NCBI GenBank assembly: GCA_000320545.1
Contig: ADNK01000783.1
Span: 1 to 64,000, forward strand
Source: Bigelowiella natans CCMP2755
Lineage: Eukaryota; Protista; Cercozoa
Length of the DNA: 64,000 nt
Direction of reading: 5' to 3'
Under the pieces are notes generated by a model that saw nothing but the letters and a program-made list of their open reading frames with translations, was not told the origin of the DNA and did not search any database. The translations under genes and the position numbers were made by a program. Shown one piece after another: positions 11,064-24,789 of this stretch (positions are counted from its first letter, which is position 1; each line of letters starts with the position of its first letter).

Positions 11064-14000
11064 GATATGATGTCAATTTGGAGCTGGCAAGCAAAATGAT
11101 GGATATTCCTGAACACCCTCCTCCTCCTTCTCCTCCTCCTCCTCCTCCTTCTTCTTCTTCTTCTTCTTCTTCTTCTTCTTCTTCATCTTCTTCCTCTGCT
11201 GTCACAGGATCTGTGGTAAATCAGCTCGCTGGCCGATTGAGGAGCACTAATCCTCCTAGCAATAGCAGCCACAGTAGAAGTAGAGGAGGTGGTGGTAATA
11301 TAGCGATGGCTTTGGATGATCAAGGGAGCATAGAAAGGTTGAGAAGTAGGATCATGCGGTCCTCATCGTTGTCGCCGCAGTCATCACCCCCTTCTGCCTC
11401 CTCCTCCTCCTCCTCCTCCTCCTCCTCCTCTTTGAGGCCAGCTACTCCTCCTCCTCCTTCGTTGCTTGACACCTACAGACTCGTGGGTGATGGGAAGCGC
11501 GTCGTATGGGAGCAGGCATGCCTCGAATCCCTGCAGCCGTTGATCCGCGACAAAGCACACTCGTACTGGTTCTTAAGACCCGTCAACGAGACCGCAGATC
11601 GAGCGCCTCATTACTACAAGATCGTGCGGTATCCCATGGACTTTGGCACTGTGCGTGCACGCCTTCAAAGCCAACGCTACAGTACATATCTGAGCTTCAT
11701 CGCAGATGTCCGGCAGGTATTCCTCAACGCCAAGCTCTACAACCAAAGTCCAGACTCTCCAGTGAGGAGGGCTGCGGGGGTGCTGGAGGAACGATTCGAG
11801 AATGTCCTCCTCCCTCACATGCAGGCCTACATCACAATTGCGGCCACAAGCGAACCACGTCGAATCGACAACGCGAGGAGCAGATCTAGCAGCTGTAGTA
11901 GTAGATACAGCAGCAGTGGCGTGGATAACAGAGGCACTGGTAGTAGTGGGGTAAATAAGGAAACAGGAGCCGCTGTATTGATGACAAACAGAGAGGCATC
12001 ATCCACCGAACGAATACTCTCCTCCTCCTCCTCTTCCTCCTCCTCTCTCCTCCTCGAAGACCATCGCATGGTGTCGTTGAAGGAGCAGATCTCCCGGTGC
12101 AGCACTATGATAAAGCTGCTACTTACACATCCTCTTGCGTCTAAGGTATCAGAGTACATCCTACAGGCAAACGATCACGGGCTCCTCCAAGACGAAAAGT
12201 GCGCGTATTTCCTTCTCCCCCCCCCACGAACAGGACCAGAGGGGCGACGATCTGTAGTCGATAGTAAGGATGGATCAGGCATTGATACTCCTCCTCCTCC
12301 TCCACCTCCTCCTCCTACTGCTACTACTACTGCTACTACTACCAACACCAAAACTACAGCTACGTCCAACGAGACTGCTGCCACCGATGCTAGTATTAAC
12401 ACCACCACGGCACCATTATCATCGTCGTCGGTGTCATTATCTTCCGAATCGTTCTCTCGTCTGCATTTCTTTGAGAGAATGCGGCATTGTTTGCGACGGG
12501 TTGACGCGACGATAACGACGACAGGTGGTGGCGAGATGAGCTGTGATGATGACGATGTTCGGCGCCGTGCTGGCAAGCCTTCGGATGCTGCCTCTAAGCT
12601 CTCCTCCTCCTCCCCCTCTTCCTCGTCGTCGACGTCGTTTTCAATCAGCGGATTTGCCAAGTGCCTGTCCACTGGAATCGCTGTTGGCCTTGATTCAGAT
12701 CGTGCAGCAATTAGATCAGCGTGTCGCGATATGAAAAAGGCGGTCGATGAGGTGCTCGTGTCTGTGCTATGCGGTAGCAAGGTGCCTAAGCGCCTCTTCC
12801 ACATGAATAACGGGCTCGTGGAGACGCGGTCCAAGCCAAAGTGGCAGCGTATGTGCAGCAGCACCTTGGTGGAGCTCCAACGCACGCCCTACTCTTCGTG
12901 GTTCATGGAACCGGTCGATCCTACACGCATCCACGCGCCGAGGTACTTTGAGATCGTTTCCCAACCGATGGACTTCTCCACTATCTCCCAGCAACTGCAG
13001 AGAAACAAGTACAGCAGCCCGCTGGATTTCGTGCGCGACGTGAGACTGACCTTTGCAAATGCGCTCAAGTACAATCAAAGGGGGCCATGTCGCTCAGCAG
13101 CACTGCGCTTACAGCACATGTTTGAGAGGAAGCTGCTGCCCCCCATAACCAGTGTGCTGCTTGAGGCGGCAGTGAGGAAAAACATGTCGTTATCACCATC
13201 GTTGTCCGTCACAAATCGAACAGCAATGATAATGTCGTTGTTGGAGCCTCAGCAGTCAGTTTTGTCCTCTTCTTCTTCCAACGATTCCTCTGCCTCTTCC
13301 TCCCTCTTTCCCGGTAGTAGCAGCCGAACTGGAGCAGGCAGAGGAAGCGACTCTTTGTTATGCGAGAGGGCGCCCAAAAGCACGCCGTTTTGTGCGAAGG
13401 ACATGGCAGGGAGTACCGTGTCAGAAGTGAATTGTTCTTCGCTACTCGACAGCGTCGATTTCCTCTGGGAGCTATGCAACGAGGCGGCGATGAGACGTAC
13501 TTCTCCGCGCACAAAAACGTACAGCGTGCCGCTCAATAGAGAATACATGCAGCACCGACTCCTTAACAGCGACGACGCGCACACGAAGGCCCTCAAGGTG
13601 ACCCTGGATAGCACGGGCGAGATGCAAGGATTCCTTGTCTACACGCGCTCTATGGGGGTGATGCCGCACACGTTCGAGTGGGACTCCACCAGTTTTGCCA
13701 GCGGCATCACCAACCTCAATCGAGTCAATCGCATTTTTGACACTACGGGAGACCTGGCCAACGAGCTGAAGAGGTCAGCGACAACGCTCAGAATCAGGCT
13801 GTACACCCGCTACCAAGTCGACCACTGGAGGGACGTAGAGGTCTCCCCCTACAGGAGGAGGAAAACGACGACGGGGGGGGCGGGGGAGCAAACTGCAAGA
13901 GGCCACGACGGTAGTAGCAAGGATAATGATGCTTCTGAGAGAAGTGCCGACAACTATAAGGACGACAACTATTCCACTGCCACTACTAAGGAACCGTCGC

Positions 14001-15262
14001 TGAATCGTACGATGATTGCGACAAAGACTGAAACTACAGCCAAGTCACCCTCTCCCACCCCTCCGTGTGTGTGGCTGAAGAACGGCACCAACGTAACGAT
14101 AATTGATGTGCAAGGCACAGAGGCCTTGATCAGCAGCCCCGTGAGGGGCTGGATCTCTCTCTTCCAAGACACGGACGAGACGCGGGAGCGGCATCCAAAG
14201 GCTGTGGTGAAACAGCACGGTGACAAGGACCTCCAGAGAACCACATCGGAAGGAGACGGCCAGCAGCAGCAGCAACAACAACAACAGCTGCTGCAGCAAC
14301 TGATCATTCCCAACAACGACACGGAATCTGGGTGCGGTACCACGTCGATCTACCCGCGTATCGCGGAGCTGTCGCTTCTCGGAGCGCTCGGATGTGGGCG
14401 GGTGCTGGTTGAGCATCTGGTTGATACGCTCGAGAAGGAGGGCAGGCACGACTGGCTCGCGCTCGAGGCTACCAAGAATGCTATCGTGTTCTACGAAAAG
14501 ATGGGATTCGTTCACATTGGAGCAAAGGCATGCGCCAGCGACAATCCAAAGCTGCCCCCTATTCCCTACCGCCACCGTACCAACCGAATTGGAGACCTAG
14601 ACGAGGCATCGTACATGATGGTGAGAAAGCTGCGCCCTCTCTCCCCGTGGCCCCCCCGCAAGACACTGCCAAATTCTAACCAGTTTGGTCGGTCAGGAGT
14701 GGGGCTATCGTACCGAACACGCTCGCAGCTGGTAACCCTGGAGATTCGGCGTATCGTCGTGCTGCTCAAACAAGCCCACAGCGTCGAGAAGACGTTGGAG
14801 GGTGGGAAGGCGACCTTTTGCGAGCTCCTCAAGCTTGCACAACGCAGCAGTGTCGCCATCTCCGTGCGGCACTTGGCACGCGATGTTGGGAAGGTTATCG
14901 AGCTATGGCAGAAGGGCTCAGAGGTGAGGTCTGAATTAGCGTTGAAAGAGGTGCTTAAACGTCTGGCTTCAAAGTCATCGACTAGCAGCGGCAGCGGCAG
15001 CAATGGCAATGGCAACGTGGGAGGGATCTACCTCAACGGCGGAAGGGTGCCGCCCCTGAATGCAGCTTCTGCACAAGCAAGCTACTCCAAGAGCAAAGGT
15101 AAAGGCAAGACTCTTTCATACCGGCGTTTGCCAACCATCAATAGCCCCAGCTTTAGACGGACTCGACCTGTGATTCCGAAGGCTGCTTCGTTGGAAACCA
15201 AGGCCAAGGCTAGTAGCACTTCATCATCATCATTTGTAAGTACAAGAAAGAAAAAGAAATAG
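9222..15262 (+). CDS. Bromodomain (1 degenerate + 2 canonical) plus GNAT acetyltransferase protein; probably continues into 15431-19988
   Basis: Main exon 11065-15235 has two bromodomains (WFLRPV..PMDFGTV..FLNAKLYN; WFMEPVDP..PMDFSTI..FANALKYN) and GNAT motifs (AELSLLGALGCGRVLV; LEATKNAIVFYEKMGF). Upstream exons 9222-9429, 9571-9701, 9793-9846, 9984-10033, 10292-10322, 10511-10738 and 10897-10931 all join in phase at GT-AG sites. True start unresolved (possibly ATG 8518). Confidence 0.85.
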
Positions 15263-15430
15263 GGGGGGGGGGGGGGGAGGGGAGGGGGAGAAAGCGAACA
15301 TCTCCACGATCTGTACAAGCAATATATATTGTCGTTCTTGTAAATCTATGGACAGAACTATACTCCATACATAAATAACGTTGTTTTTGGTGATAATAGT
15401 GGTGCTGTTGTGGTTGTTTTTGGTCTACAG

Positions 15431-18400
15431 AAGAGTCAAAACCTCGCCAAAATGAAGGCTAAGATTCAGCAAAAATCATCTGCCTCATCGGCATCTTCAT
15501 CTTTCCTCAAAAGAAGCGGTATAACTGGACGCCCAGTGAAAAAGACGCCATTTTCGTCGAAGCAACCACCCGCGCCATCTTTACCTACAGCAGGCTCAGG
15601 GGCAGGAAAGGCGTCGTTGTCATCGTCGTCAGCAAAGAGGCCACCGGTGGTAAAGCTGCCAGTGTTGGAAGATTGGATCATACTAAGTAGCGATCCTTCA
15701 TCTACTAATACTAAAACAACAAACCGTAGCGACGATAACAGCAACAATAGCAACAGCAACACTACTACAAGCAGCATCCGTGAGCCAGGATCGTCATCAT
15801 CGTCGTCATCGTCGTCCAACAATGGCGGCCCTTGGCGTCGATATTACGGTCGTATATCGCGTCTTCCCGGAGTAACGGAGGGTACCATGTTCGATACGGG
15901 TCCCGCGAGACCTTTGTCCGCAGCAGCAGCGGCATCAGCAATTGCGGCCTTAAGCGGCTGCGACATCGATTCTAGCGACAAGGCTGGTAGTAGCACTGGT
16001 GCTAAATTAAATCGCAATTGTGGGAGGAGCAGCAGCCTTTACTACTACTACAACAGAAGCGTAATCGAGCGTAAATATGGCCCTCACATCATTCTGGGAC
16101 ATGGTCTAAAGTACGTGTCTCTTCCAGACCCAGTGAATGAGGCAGCAGCAGAGGAAGGAGAAGGCAAGGTGGCGACCACAGCGCTGATTCATGGGAAGAC
16201 AAATGGTAGCAGCTCCCAGAGAGCGGATGATAATAAGGGCATTGAAGAGGAGCAACAACGTCTCTCCGAACGAATATCGTCTATGAGTGTGGCGGCAGCA
16301 GCAGCACGCAATGATAATAGCACCTCGTCATCGGCTGCTTCTTCTTCTGCCCATAGCGGTGGCCTCATCAGCAACAAGACATCTGCTGTTGGCAGTGGGG
16401 AGGAGGAGCATAGCGAGCTGAAAAAGAGGCTACAAGGGCAACATGGATCTTATTCTCCCTCGCCTTCATTGCAGGCGATGCCCGTGCGCCGGCGGCGAGC
16501 ATCATCGACGTCGTCACCGTCGTTCTTCTTCAATTTATCACAGCCGGATGGCGTGATTACATTCTGGCATAGAAACCCCGACGACACCGTCGTTGGCCAG
16601 GCGTTGGACGTCAACGGTGTGCCAAACGGCACGATCATAAGGACTCCGAGGGGCGTTGTGTTCAAGGAAAAGTTCTTCTACATTCCCGACGGCCGGATCT
16701 ACAAGCTAGGACATCTAAAGCGGCAGAGGCGCCGCCGAAACAAGTATCCTATGCAGAAATGGTACGAGGATTTCTACCTCAAGATCAACAACAACAACAA
16801 CGACGACGACGCCGACAACGACAAATTCGATGGCGGCCGGAGCAGGAACTACAGGAACCTTACCGTGCTGGACAACTGGCATCTTGTAAGCGCAAACAAG
16901 TATGCAGGTACTCTCAGTAGGCCGTTATTATCATCGTCATCGTCGTCGGCGGATATGGCGATGGTGGCCAATGGCAACGTGAGCAGCAGCAAAGCTACTA
17001 CAGCGGAGGACGAAGATTCTTCCTTTGCTACATCCCATACCCAGCAAGAGGTTTCTGTGCTTTACAGAGAGGGGGACATTATATTTCTCAGCACTGGTAG
17101 TAGGCGTGCTGACGATGATGATGATGTAGATAGTGGTAGTGATAACAGCCGCAGCAATATCAGGATTCTCAGACTGGGCACCAAAGCGCCGCTATCATCC
17201 TCATCGTCATCGTCGTCGTCATGGAGAGCTCACCGACAATCATCCCCTTCTTACTACCATCACCTACCTCGCCACTATCACCATCATCATCGTCATCACC
17301 AGCAACATCATCATCATCTTCACTCGAATCATCTCCTCTACAGCTCTTCCGCGGACGAGGACATGATGGACCCGGTAGTGATGCAGCAGTTATCGCGGCT
17401 CCCTATTCTGGAAAGCTGGATGCGGCTGAACGACGGGACGCTGCTCGGAAAGGTCTTCAACAGACCGCCGCTGCGAAATGGCTCTGTAATCCAGACGGGT
17501 AGCGCCAAGGCGGTGCGGAGCTGCGTGCTCGTTGACAGCTTCGGAGAGAAGTACTTCCTCGGAAAGCCGCTAGATGTACACGTACTGGCCAATGGCGGAG
17601 TACTCGAGGAGAAAACGGTGCCATTGCTGGAGCACTGGCTCTCGTTGCCAGACGGTACTTATGTAGGCCGCATCTATGGGCTGAACTCCATGCTGGATGA
17701 GCGTGTGGTGAAGACACCCGTAGTATACCACATATCCTCACCGTTCGGCTCAGAGCGGCCTATTATCGCTACCTCCGGGGGCGACCGATATCACTTGGGC
17801 ACGCCGCTTCCGAGCCCCCCCACCTTGCTACCAGGTGATATGCCGCCAGCTTCAAATCCACAGGCGCACATGATGATGATGATGATGGATCATCATCATC
17901 ATCATATTCAACATTCCAGCGGCGGCAGCCATCCAATGATGATGACGCCACAGACATCATCGACGTTGGTAACAGAATCATCGTTACCATCATCATCATC
18001 AGCGGCAGCAGCATCTATGCCATCATCGTCAGAAGCACCAGCAGCACCAGCAGGGGCAGCAATATCCTCTTCTTCGCCGAGAATAGTTCCTAACAACGCA
18101 CAGCAGCAGTACCCTCCTTATACAGGAACTGCTGCCGTTTACTCCGATGCCGGACTTCCAGCACCGACGATCCTACACGACTGGGTAAAGATCCCAGATG
18201 GCACTCTGATGGGAAAGCTTCCGTCAGGAGAGGTAATTCGCACGGGCATGATAACGTCTGTAGACGAACGAGGAGGCATGGTGGCCACTGCTTCAGGACA
18301 ATGTTACATATTGGGCGGCGGCCTTGGATCCTTGTATCACCAAAGACAAGCCATGATGATGATGATGATGCAGGGATCTGCTAGTGCAACCCAGCCAGCG

Positions 18401-18434
18401 GTGCCTTCAGGCTGGGGAGGTGTTGCTGCTGCTG

Positions 18435-18468
<34 letters not shown>

Positions 18469-19602
18469 GAGTTATTCTCCCTTCCCAGTGGCCAAAGCTT
18501 CTACGACTGAGCATCATAATCATCCTCACAACATGGCCACAGCCGTTGGAAACGGTGTTGGGAAGGTCTTCCACTTTTTTGCAGCCTGGAAATCACTATC
18601 GTACCTGGGGGGACACGAACAGCAACAGCAATGACTACAGCAGCAGTAGCTGCGAGTCGCACTGCTCCTGCCGTCTCAACACAGAAAAATCAGTTATTTC
18701 CATCAGAGTCGCAAGCACCATCATACAAAATAAGGCTCGAGAACTGGCATTTTCCAGCAGAGGGCGATACGACACAGGTTGTAGGGAACGTGTACGGGGA
18801 GCAGAGCATACCTGACGGATCTCTTGTACGCATCAGTAATCTCACAGTGCTGCAAGGTCTTGGCGGAAGAAATGAAATTAGTCAACAGCAGCACCATAAT
18901 CCCCCCACCATCCCAACCGTTGCCCATGGCTCAGATGGGTCGAGGTACGAACTGGGTCAGCCAGCCCCCCCCCCAGCTCTACTGCAGCATTGGAGCTGTT
19001 TGGAGTCCGGTCAGTACCAAGGTCGTGTGTTCGGTCGCTCTGACACGAAAAACAACAGCCTGTTAACCACAGCGCGTGTGGTAATTGAGAATAACCGGCA
19101 CATCACTACCTCCACAGGCCATCGCTATCTTTTAGGAGATCCTGAAGTAGCAGCAGCAGCAGCACCATCTACGGCAAGTGGGGGGGGGGCAGCAGTGGCA
19201 TTTACAAACAACGTGTCTGCTCCTGATTATGCTGCAGTAGCAGTCGAGGAGCCTGTGATCAATACAACCGAGAAAGGTCCCAGTCCCCTGCTACCACTCT
19301 CGTCATCGTCCGCCGCTAAGGGTGTTGAAGACAGAGATGACTTGGCTCACGGAGATCGTGGTACTGGGGGAGGTACGGAGAGGAAAGAGGATGGTGATCA
19401 TGATCATCGCCACAAGAATTATCCTATTCTAGATCAATGGCTAATGCTGCCGGACAGTAGGTAGTAGTGCTCGTGTGTGTACACTGACGTTGTTGGCTGC
19501 GGATATCATGCTGATAGTTTGATGAACAGCGGTAGTGGTCACCGTTGGCAGATGCTGGCCCTCAATATTTCTGTGAACGAATGCTCCTTTGTGTTATGAA
19601 TG

Positions 19603-19638
<36 letters not shown>

Positions 19639-19988
19639 CGTGTGTGTACAGTTGTAGGATGTGGAGTAGAGTAGAGAGCGTAGTTGATGTTTATACTTTT
19701 CCTCTCCTCTGTGAAATTCTTCTTCCTCTTCCTCTGCTTCTTCTCCCTCCTTATTCGTAACCGTCATTATTTATTTATCTACCCCCCTGTTTTGTAATTG
19801 TGAATCGTGGAAGGTACGTCGGGCGTGTCTACGGAGGTTCTATGAAGAATGGAACAGCCCTTAGGTGCTATGTTAGATATGTCAAACAACATAAGATTTT
19901 CGACTACTCTCCAGAGAAGAAACACCGACGATTTTTGTTCCACGAGGCCGAAACCTCGAGGAGCAAAGCAAACAAAGATCGTTTGTAG
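15431..19988 (+). CDS. Low-complexity protein region with nine copies of an unnamed ~55-aa W/G/YxLG domain
   Basis: ORFs 15410-18634, 18631-19464 and a last exon 19814-19988 (DSR|YVGRVYGG) repeat the pattern [LI]-x-x-W-x(6-9)-G-x-[VI]-[YF]-G...G-x-x-[IV]-x-T...G-x-x-Y-x-L-G-x-P. Confidence 0.75.
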
Positions 19989-21246
19989 TTTCGTTCCCCT
20001 TTTATGTAGTCCTTCCCACTCTCACATGCTTTAGCAGTTTTCGCGGGCTTGAAAGGGGGGAAGGGCTCTGTTTGTTGTTGCTGCTAGTAATGAGGATTGT
20101 AATATCGTACCATCATCACTGATTGAGAGCGCCATTCTCCTTCAACACCAACAGGACCAGCCGTGTACTGTGGACCTCTGGGGATGTAATTCACACGACG
20201 AAGGTGTCGTGTAAAAACGGAAGAAAAGACGCTACAAAAAAAGAGAGCACGATCACGTTCTATCGATTCTAATCATTCTCATATGATTTTCCCTACCTTT
20301 CTACTGTACCCTTGGCCCAACGCTGTTATTTTCCGGCTGCTTTTGTATCCAAAATGCTGTCACACAAATTTACGTTGTTTTCGATTATGATACGATGCGC
20401 AGGGAAACGTTTATATGCTGGGCAATCCTCAGGATGGATTGAATGCGCCGTAGCGTTTGCAGTAGCAGCACGAAAAACAGATTAGACGTTTGTAAATATA
20501 CTACAATTTAAAGGAGTTCCTATTTCACAAAACGGCTTCTTCCCTCAAGGTATACAGAAAGATTTGGTAAACTGTGAAGCAAGTTTTGAATGGGACAAAA
20601 TGAAACATGAAAATTTAAAATTGATGATTCCAATAATAATAAATGCTCATTGCATGTATGTATTTTCATGTGTTGTTAGATTTGCTGCAGCAGCTACATG
20701 ATAGCATGACATAACTTTATTTGTAAAGAAGCTCTGTGTGTCATTGCACATGCTGCATGGTAATACTTTGCATTGATGAGCCAACGTGATCGAGCTAGTA
20801 GTGCAGCGTGAGCGGATGTTATGTATAGCAGATGCAAGCACGCTAGCTACGACTGTATTTGCTGCATATAATATGTTTCATGTGCATCGCATGCTAGCAT
20901 GTGCTATCTAGCTATGCATGTATCGTAATTACTACAAATATAGACGATATCTGGGCATTCCGTATCGTTTGTAGAATACTTGTCGGATATGGTGGTTGCA
21001 TCGTACATGCTAGCTAGCTAGCATGGATGCTTTAGTAACTTAAATGGTGGGGATCGAGACTCGATGAGGTTGTTGTACTACATACTCTTGGTACATTTCG
21101 AGACTTGGATCTTTAACTGAAATCCCAAGCACACATGCACGCACATGAAGATGAACTTGCGTCTTGTCTCCGCTGTACTAACTAAAGGCCTTATTACACG
21201 CGACTACCTACGAGAATTTTCATCTGATATCACCGTCCGCCACTGC

Positions 21247-23876
21247 CTAGTAAACGCGAGCTTTAGGTGGAATGTGGTCCATCTCTCCATCAGGAAGAGG
21301 CTGGTGGTGCACGGGCCTGTAGTCGATCTCACAGCCAGCATCGGAGTCGTAGGAAATTGTGTGCATCATCCACTTCTCGTCATCACGGTCAGGGAAGTCT
21401 TCCCGGGCGTGGGCTCCTCGGGATTCCTGGCGTCTGTTTGCACTATACATGGTTTGCCTAGCCTGCGTGAGGAGGTTATCGAGCTCGAGAGTTTCGATCA
21501 AATCCGTGTTCCAGACCATTGATTTGTCCGTCACCTGATTCAAAGCACGAACACAAAAACAAAACGATCATGATGACCTACTTTGATAAGAATATAGGTT
21601 GACAAATCAACTTTCGAAACATCAATGTGCTTACGGAATGTAATAAATTTTCTTATGAATGATGCAACTGCAATACGTTGATACTTAACGGAGAACATTA
21701 CCTTCAAGTCAGTCTTGAATTTTTCGTAAACTTCGTCAATCTCCTTTACACCATCATCAAGGGAAGATTGGGTTCTAAAGACAGCAGCGTTGTTTTGCAT
21801 GGTCTTCTGCATCTCGAGTCGGATGTCAGCAGTAGCGGACTGGCCGTTTGAGTAACGGAATTTGTCGACTCTTGCGATTGCATCATCTCCTACACTATCA
21901 GGGATGCTTGGCAGAGGGGTACCAGGCTTCAGAATCTATAATCAGCAGCCAAAGGGAAGAGGAGGAGGAGAAGGAGGAAAGTGTAAGCTAGAACTCAATC
22001 TCCAACAATCATTATATCTCAACACGATGAGCGTTTATCTGGGTTGAGGAGAAGATGCATGCAACAAGATTTGGTGCATGCTAGAAAAATCTGGGAGAGG
22101 GAGGAGAGGCAGCAGTCGAGTAGATACAATGTCGTGTAGTGAGTGAGTGAGCAAGGTAAGTGACCTCTTTGCATCGCAGTGCGCAAGCACGACCGAAGAC
22201 AACAATGTCAAGCAGAGAGTTAGCTCCAAGCCTGTTAGCACCGTGCACCGAAGCTGATGCAGCTTCTCCTGCTGCCATAAGGCCTGGTACTACCTTATCA
22301 GGGTCTTCCTTGGTAGGGTTGATTACCTCACCGTAGTGGTTGGTTGGCACACCGCCCATGTTGTAGTGAACTGTTGGCAGCACGGGAATAGGCTCCTTGG
22401 TCACGTCAACTCCAGCGAAAATCTTGGCGGTTTCGGAAATACCTTTTAAATTAACAGCAAGTGCAAGTTAGTCTTCCTTCTTTCCATTTCATTTTCCGTA
22501 TCACCATCATAAGCATTTTTCACAATAGGCATTAGCGAACAGAGAATAAAGCACCTGGCAGCCTTTCAGCGAGGAGCTCTGGAGGTAGATGGTCAAGGTG
22601 CAGGTGTACGTGGTCTTTGTTAGGCCCGCACCCACGACCTTCCCGGATTTCGATCGTCATCGCACGGGAAACGACATCTCGGGAGGCCAGGTCCTTCGCA
22701 GTAGGAGCGTAGCGTTCCATGAAGCGCTCCCCGTTGGCGTTCTTCAGGTATCCACCCTCACCCCTCGAGCCCTCAGTGATTAAGCATCCAGCACCGAAGA
22801 TCCCTGTTGGGTGGAACTGCACAAACTCGAGATCTTGGAGAGGCAGTCCAGCGCGGGATACCATTCCCCCCCCGTCCCCAGTACAGGTGTGAGCCGATGT
22901 TGCAGAGAAGTATGCACGGCCGTAACCCCCCGTAGCAAGGATTGTCTTATGTGCGCGAAATTTATGGATGGTGCCGTCTTCCATGTCCAGCGCCATTACT
23001 CCATGGCATTCACCGTTGTGCATTAACAGGTCAAGAGCGAAGTACTCGATAAAGAACTAAAATGGAAGCTGGTTAAATTCTCTTCATTCTATAGGCACAA
23101 AAAAACGGAATTACCTGTGTATCATGTTTGAGAGACTGACCATAGAGAGTGTGAAGCATAGCATGTCCAGTTCTGTCAGCTGCACAAGCGCACCGATATG
23201 CCTGTCCCCCTTGGCCAAACTCGAGGCTCTGACCTCCAAATGCTCTTTGGTAGATCTTGCCCTCGTCCGTTCGGGAAAAGGGAAGTCCATATGATTCCAA
23301 CTCAAGTACAGCTTTCGGGGCTTCGCGACACATGTATTGAATGGAGTCTTGGTCTCCAAGCCAATCAGATCCCTAACGAGATGCCCATGAACCGTTAGAA
23401 TATTGTCTTTTGAACTCTTACCATTTACATTGTACCTTCACGGTATCGTATGCGTGCCATCGCCAGTCATCCTGTGATATTATTCATACACGGCACATCA
23501 ACGTCGTGCTGTAAACCTAATTCCCCAAAAATTCACCTTGGTCATGTTTCCGAGCGCAGCATTTATCCCTCCCTGAGCCGCGACAGTGTGTGAACGGGTC
23601 GGAAAGAGCTTCGAGATGCACGCAGTTTTGAATCCTTCTGAAGCAAGTCCAAAGGCCGCTCTAATTTGTAGAATATTCAATCCTTCAATCATCCATACTA
23701 GATGTTAAGTTTCCATTGCGAATAAGTTTCCGAAGTGTTGCCATTCACCTGAGTCCTGCTCCACCAGCACCGACTACAACGCAGTCATACTCATGCTCCA
23801 CTACATTGTAAGCTTTAGTGGAAAGGGCCCGAGTGGCAGCGGGTGCCAGAGATCTTCTTATGCCTTTCGAAAGCAT
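21247..23876 (-). CDS. SDH1: Succinate dehydrogenase flavoprotein subunit, mitochondrial
   Basis: Complete spliced protein: presequence [38 protein letters not shown] (covalent FAD His), [49 protein letters not shown]. Confidence 0.98.
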
Positions 23877-24789
23877 GATTTGTGATAAAGCCCGGAAGAT
23901 GGGGCGGGTGAGGTTAAGGATTCCAAATCAAAATTGTTTTCATTAATTTTTCGGTACAATATCAATGGGTGTAAATAATCCTATGACTTGATTATAGCCT
24001 TGTCTCATCTTTACATTTAGTCAAATTTTGAAACTAGTAGATACTTTGAACCTTATTTTTGGAACTGAATCTGCAGGGACATGTGTGGAGAGGAAAATCT
24101 CCGCAAATGCTGGGTATTTTCCTCTGAATATCTACGAAAAGGCTTCGTTGCGATCTTAAACCCCAATCAGTTTTCCAGATGGCCTGCTTATCGCTTGAAA
24201 GTCCGAGTTTGCACCCTCAAGGAAAAATCGAATGGAAGTTCCGATGTGAAAGCGCATAGACCTACAAAACTTTTAGAAATATTGTCGCAAGGTATAGAAC
24301 AACTCCGTTTTATTGATTTTTAAGGTGCTATCCGGGATGTTCGCGATATTTGTCACCATGAAAAAATATAATTTCGTCTTCTTTTTTTTGGGTAAATCAT
24401 AGATAACGGTAAGGAAAGTATGTTGTCTCTGTTGATCGAAACAACTGTAATCAGTATTATTTGCAGAAAGTAATGCGTGACCTTGTCGACATCCTGTTTC
24501 TATCTGTATTTTAACCATTCTATTCAAAAAAATTTGGATTTGTTTTAATTTTTTTTTTCGGTAAATACAATATTTAAGTCTCATTTTAAAAAAAAGGGGC
24601 TATATTCTGAAAAATCATGGAAAATATTCGACTATTAGCTAGTTACGACATAACATATTAATGGGCGACATAGAAAAAAGGAATATTGACGAAAACAATA
24701 CGAAACTGTAAAAATCTAAAAAGTCAACTAGAATTTCAAATTCAAACCAAGCTAAATCACAAATAGGATTGTCTCCCCCATCCATCGCA

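Noticed and set aside
18559-18578. Possible 19-nt nucleomorph-style tiny intron GTCTTCC...TTGCAG
   Set aside because: Removing it enters the frame without repeats, so it does not restore the protein.
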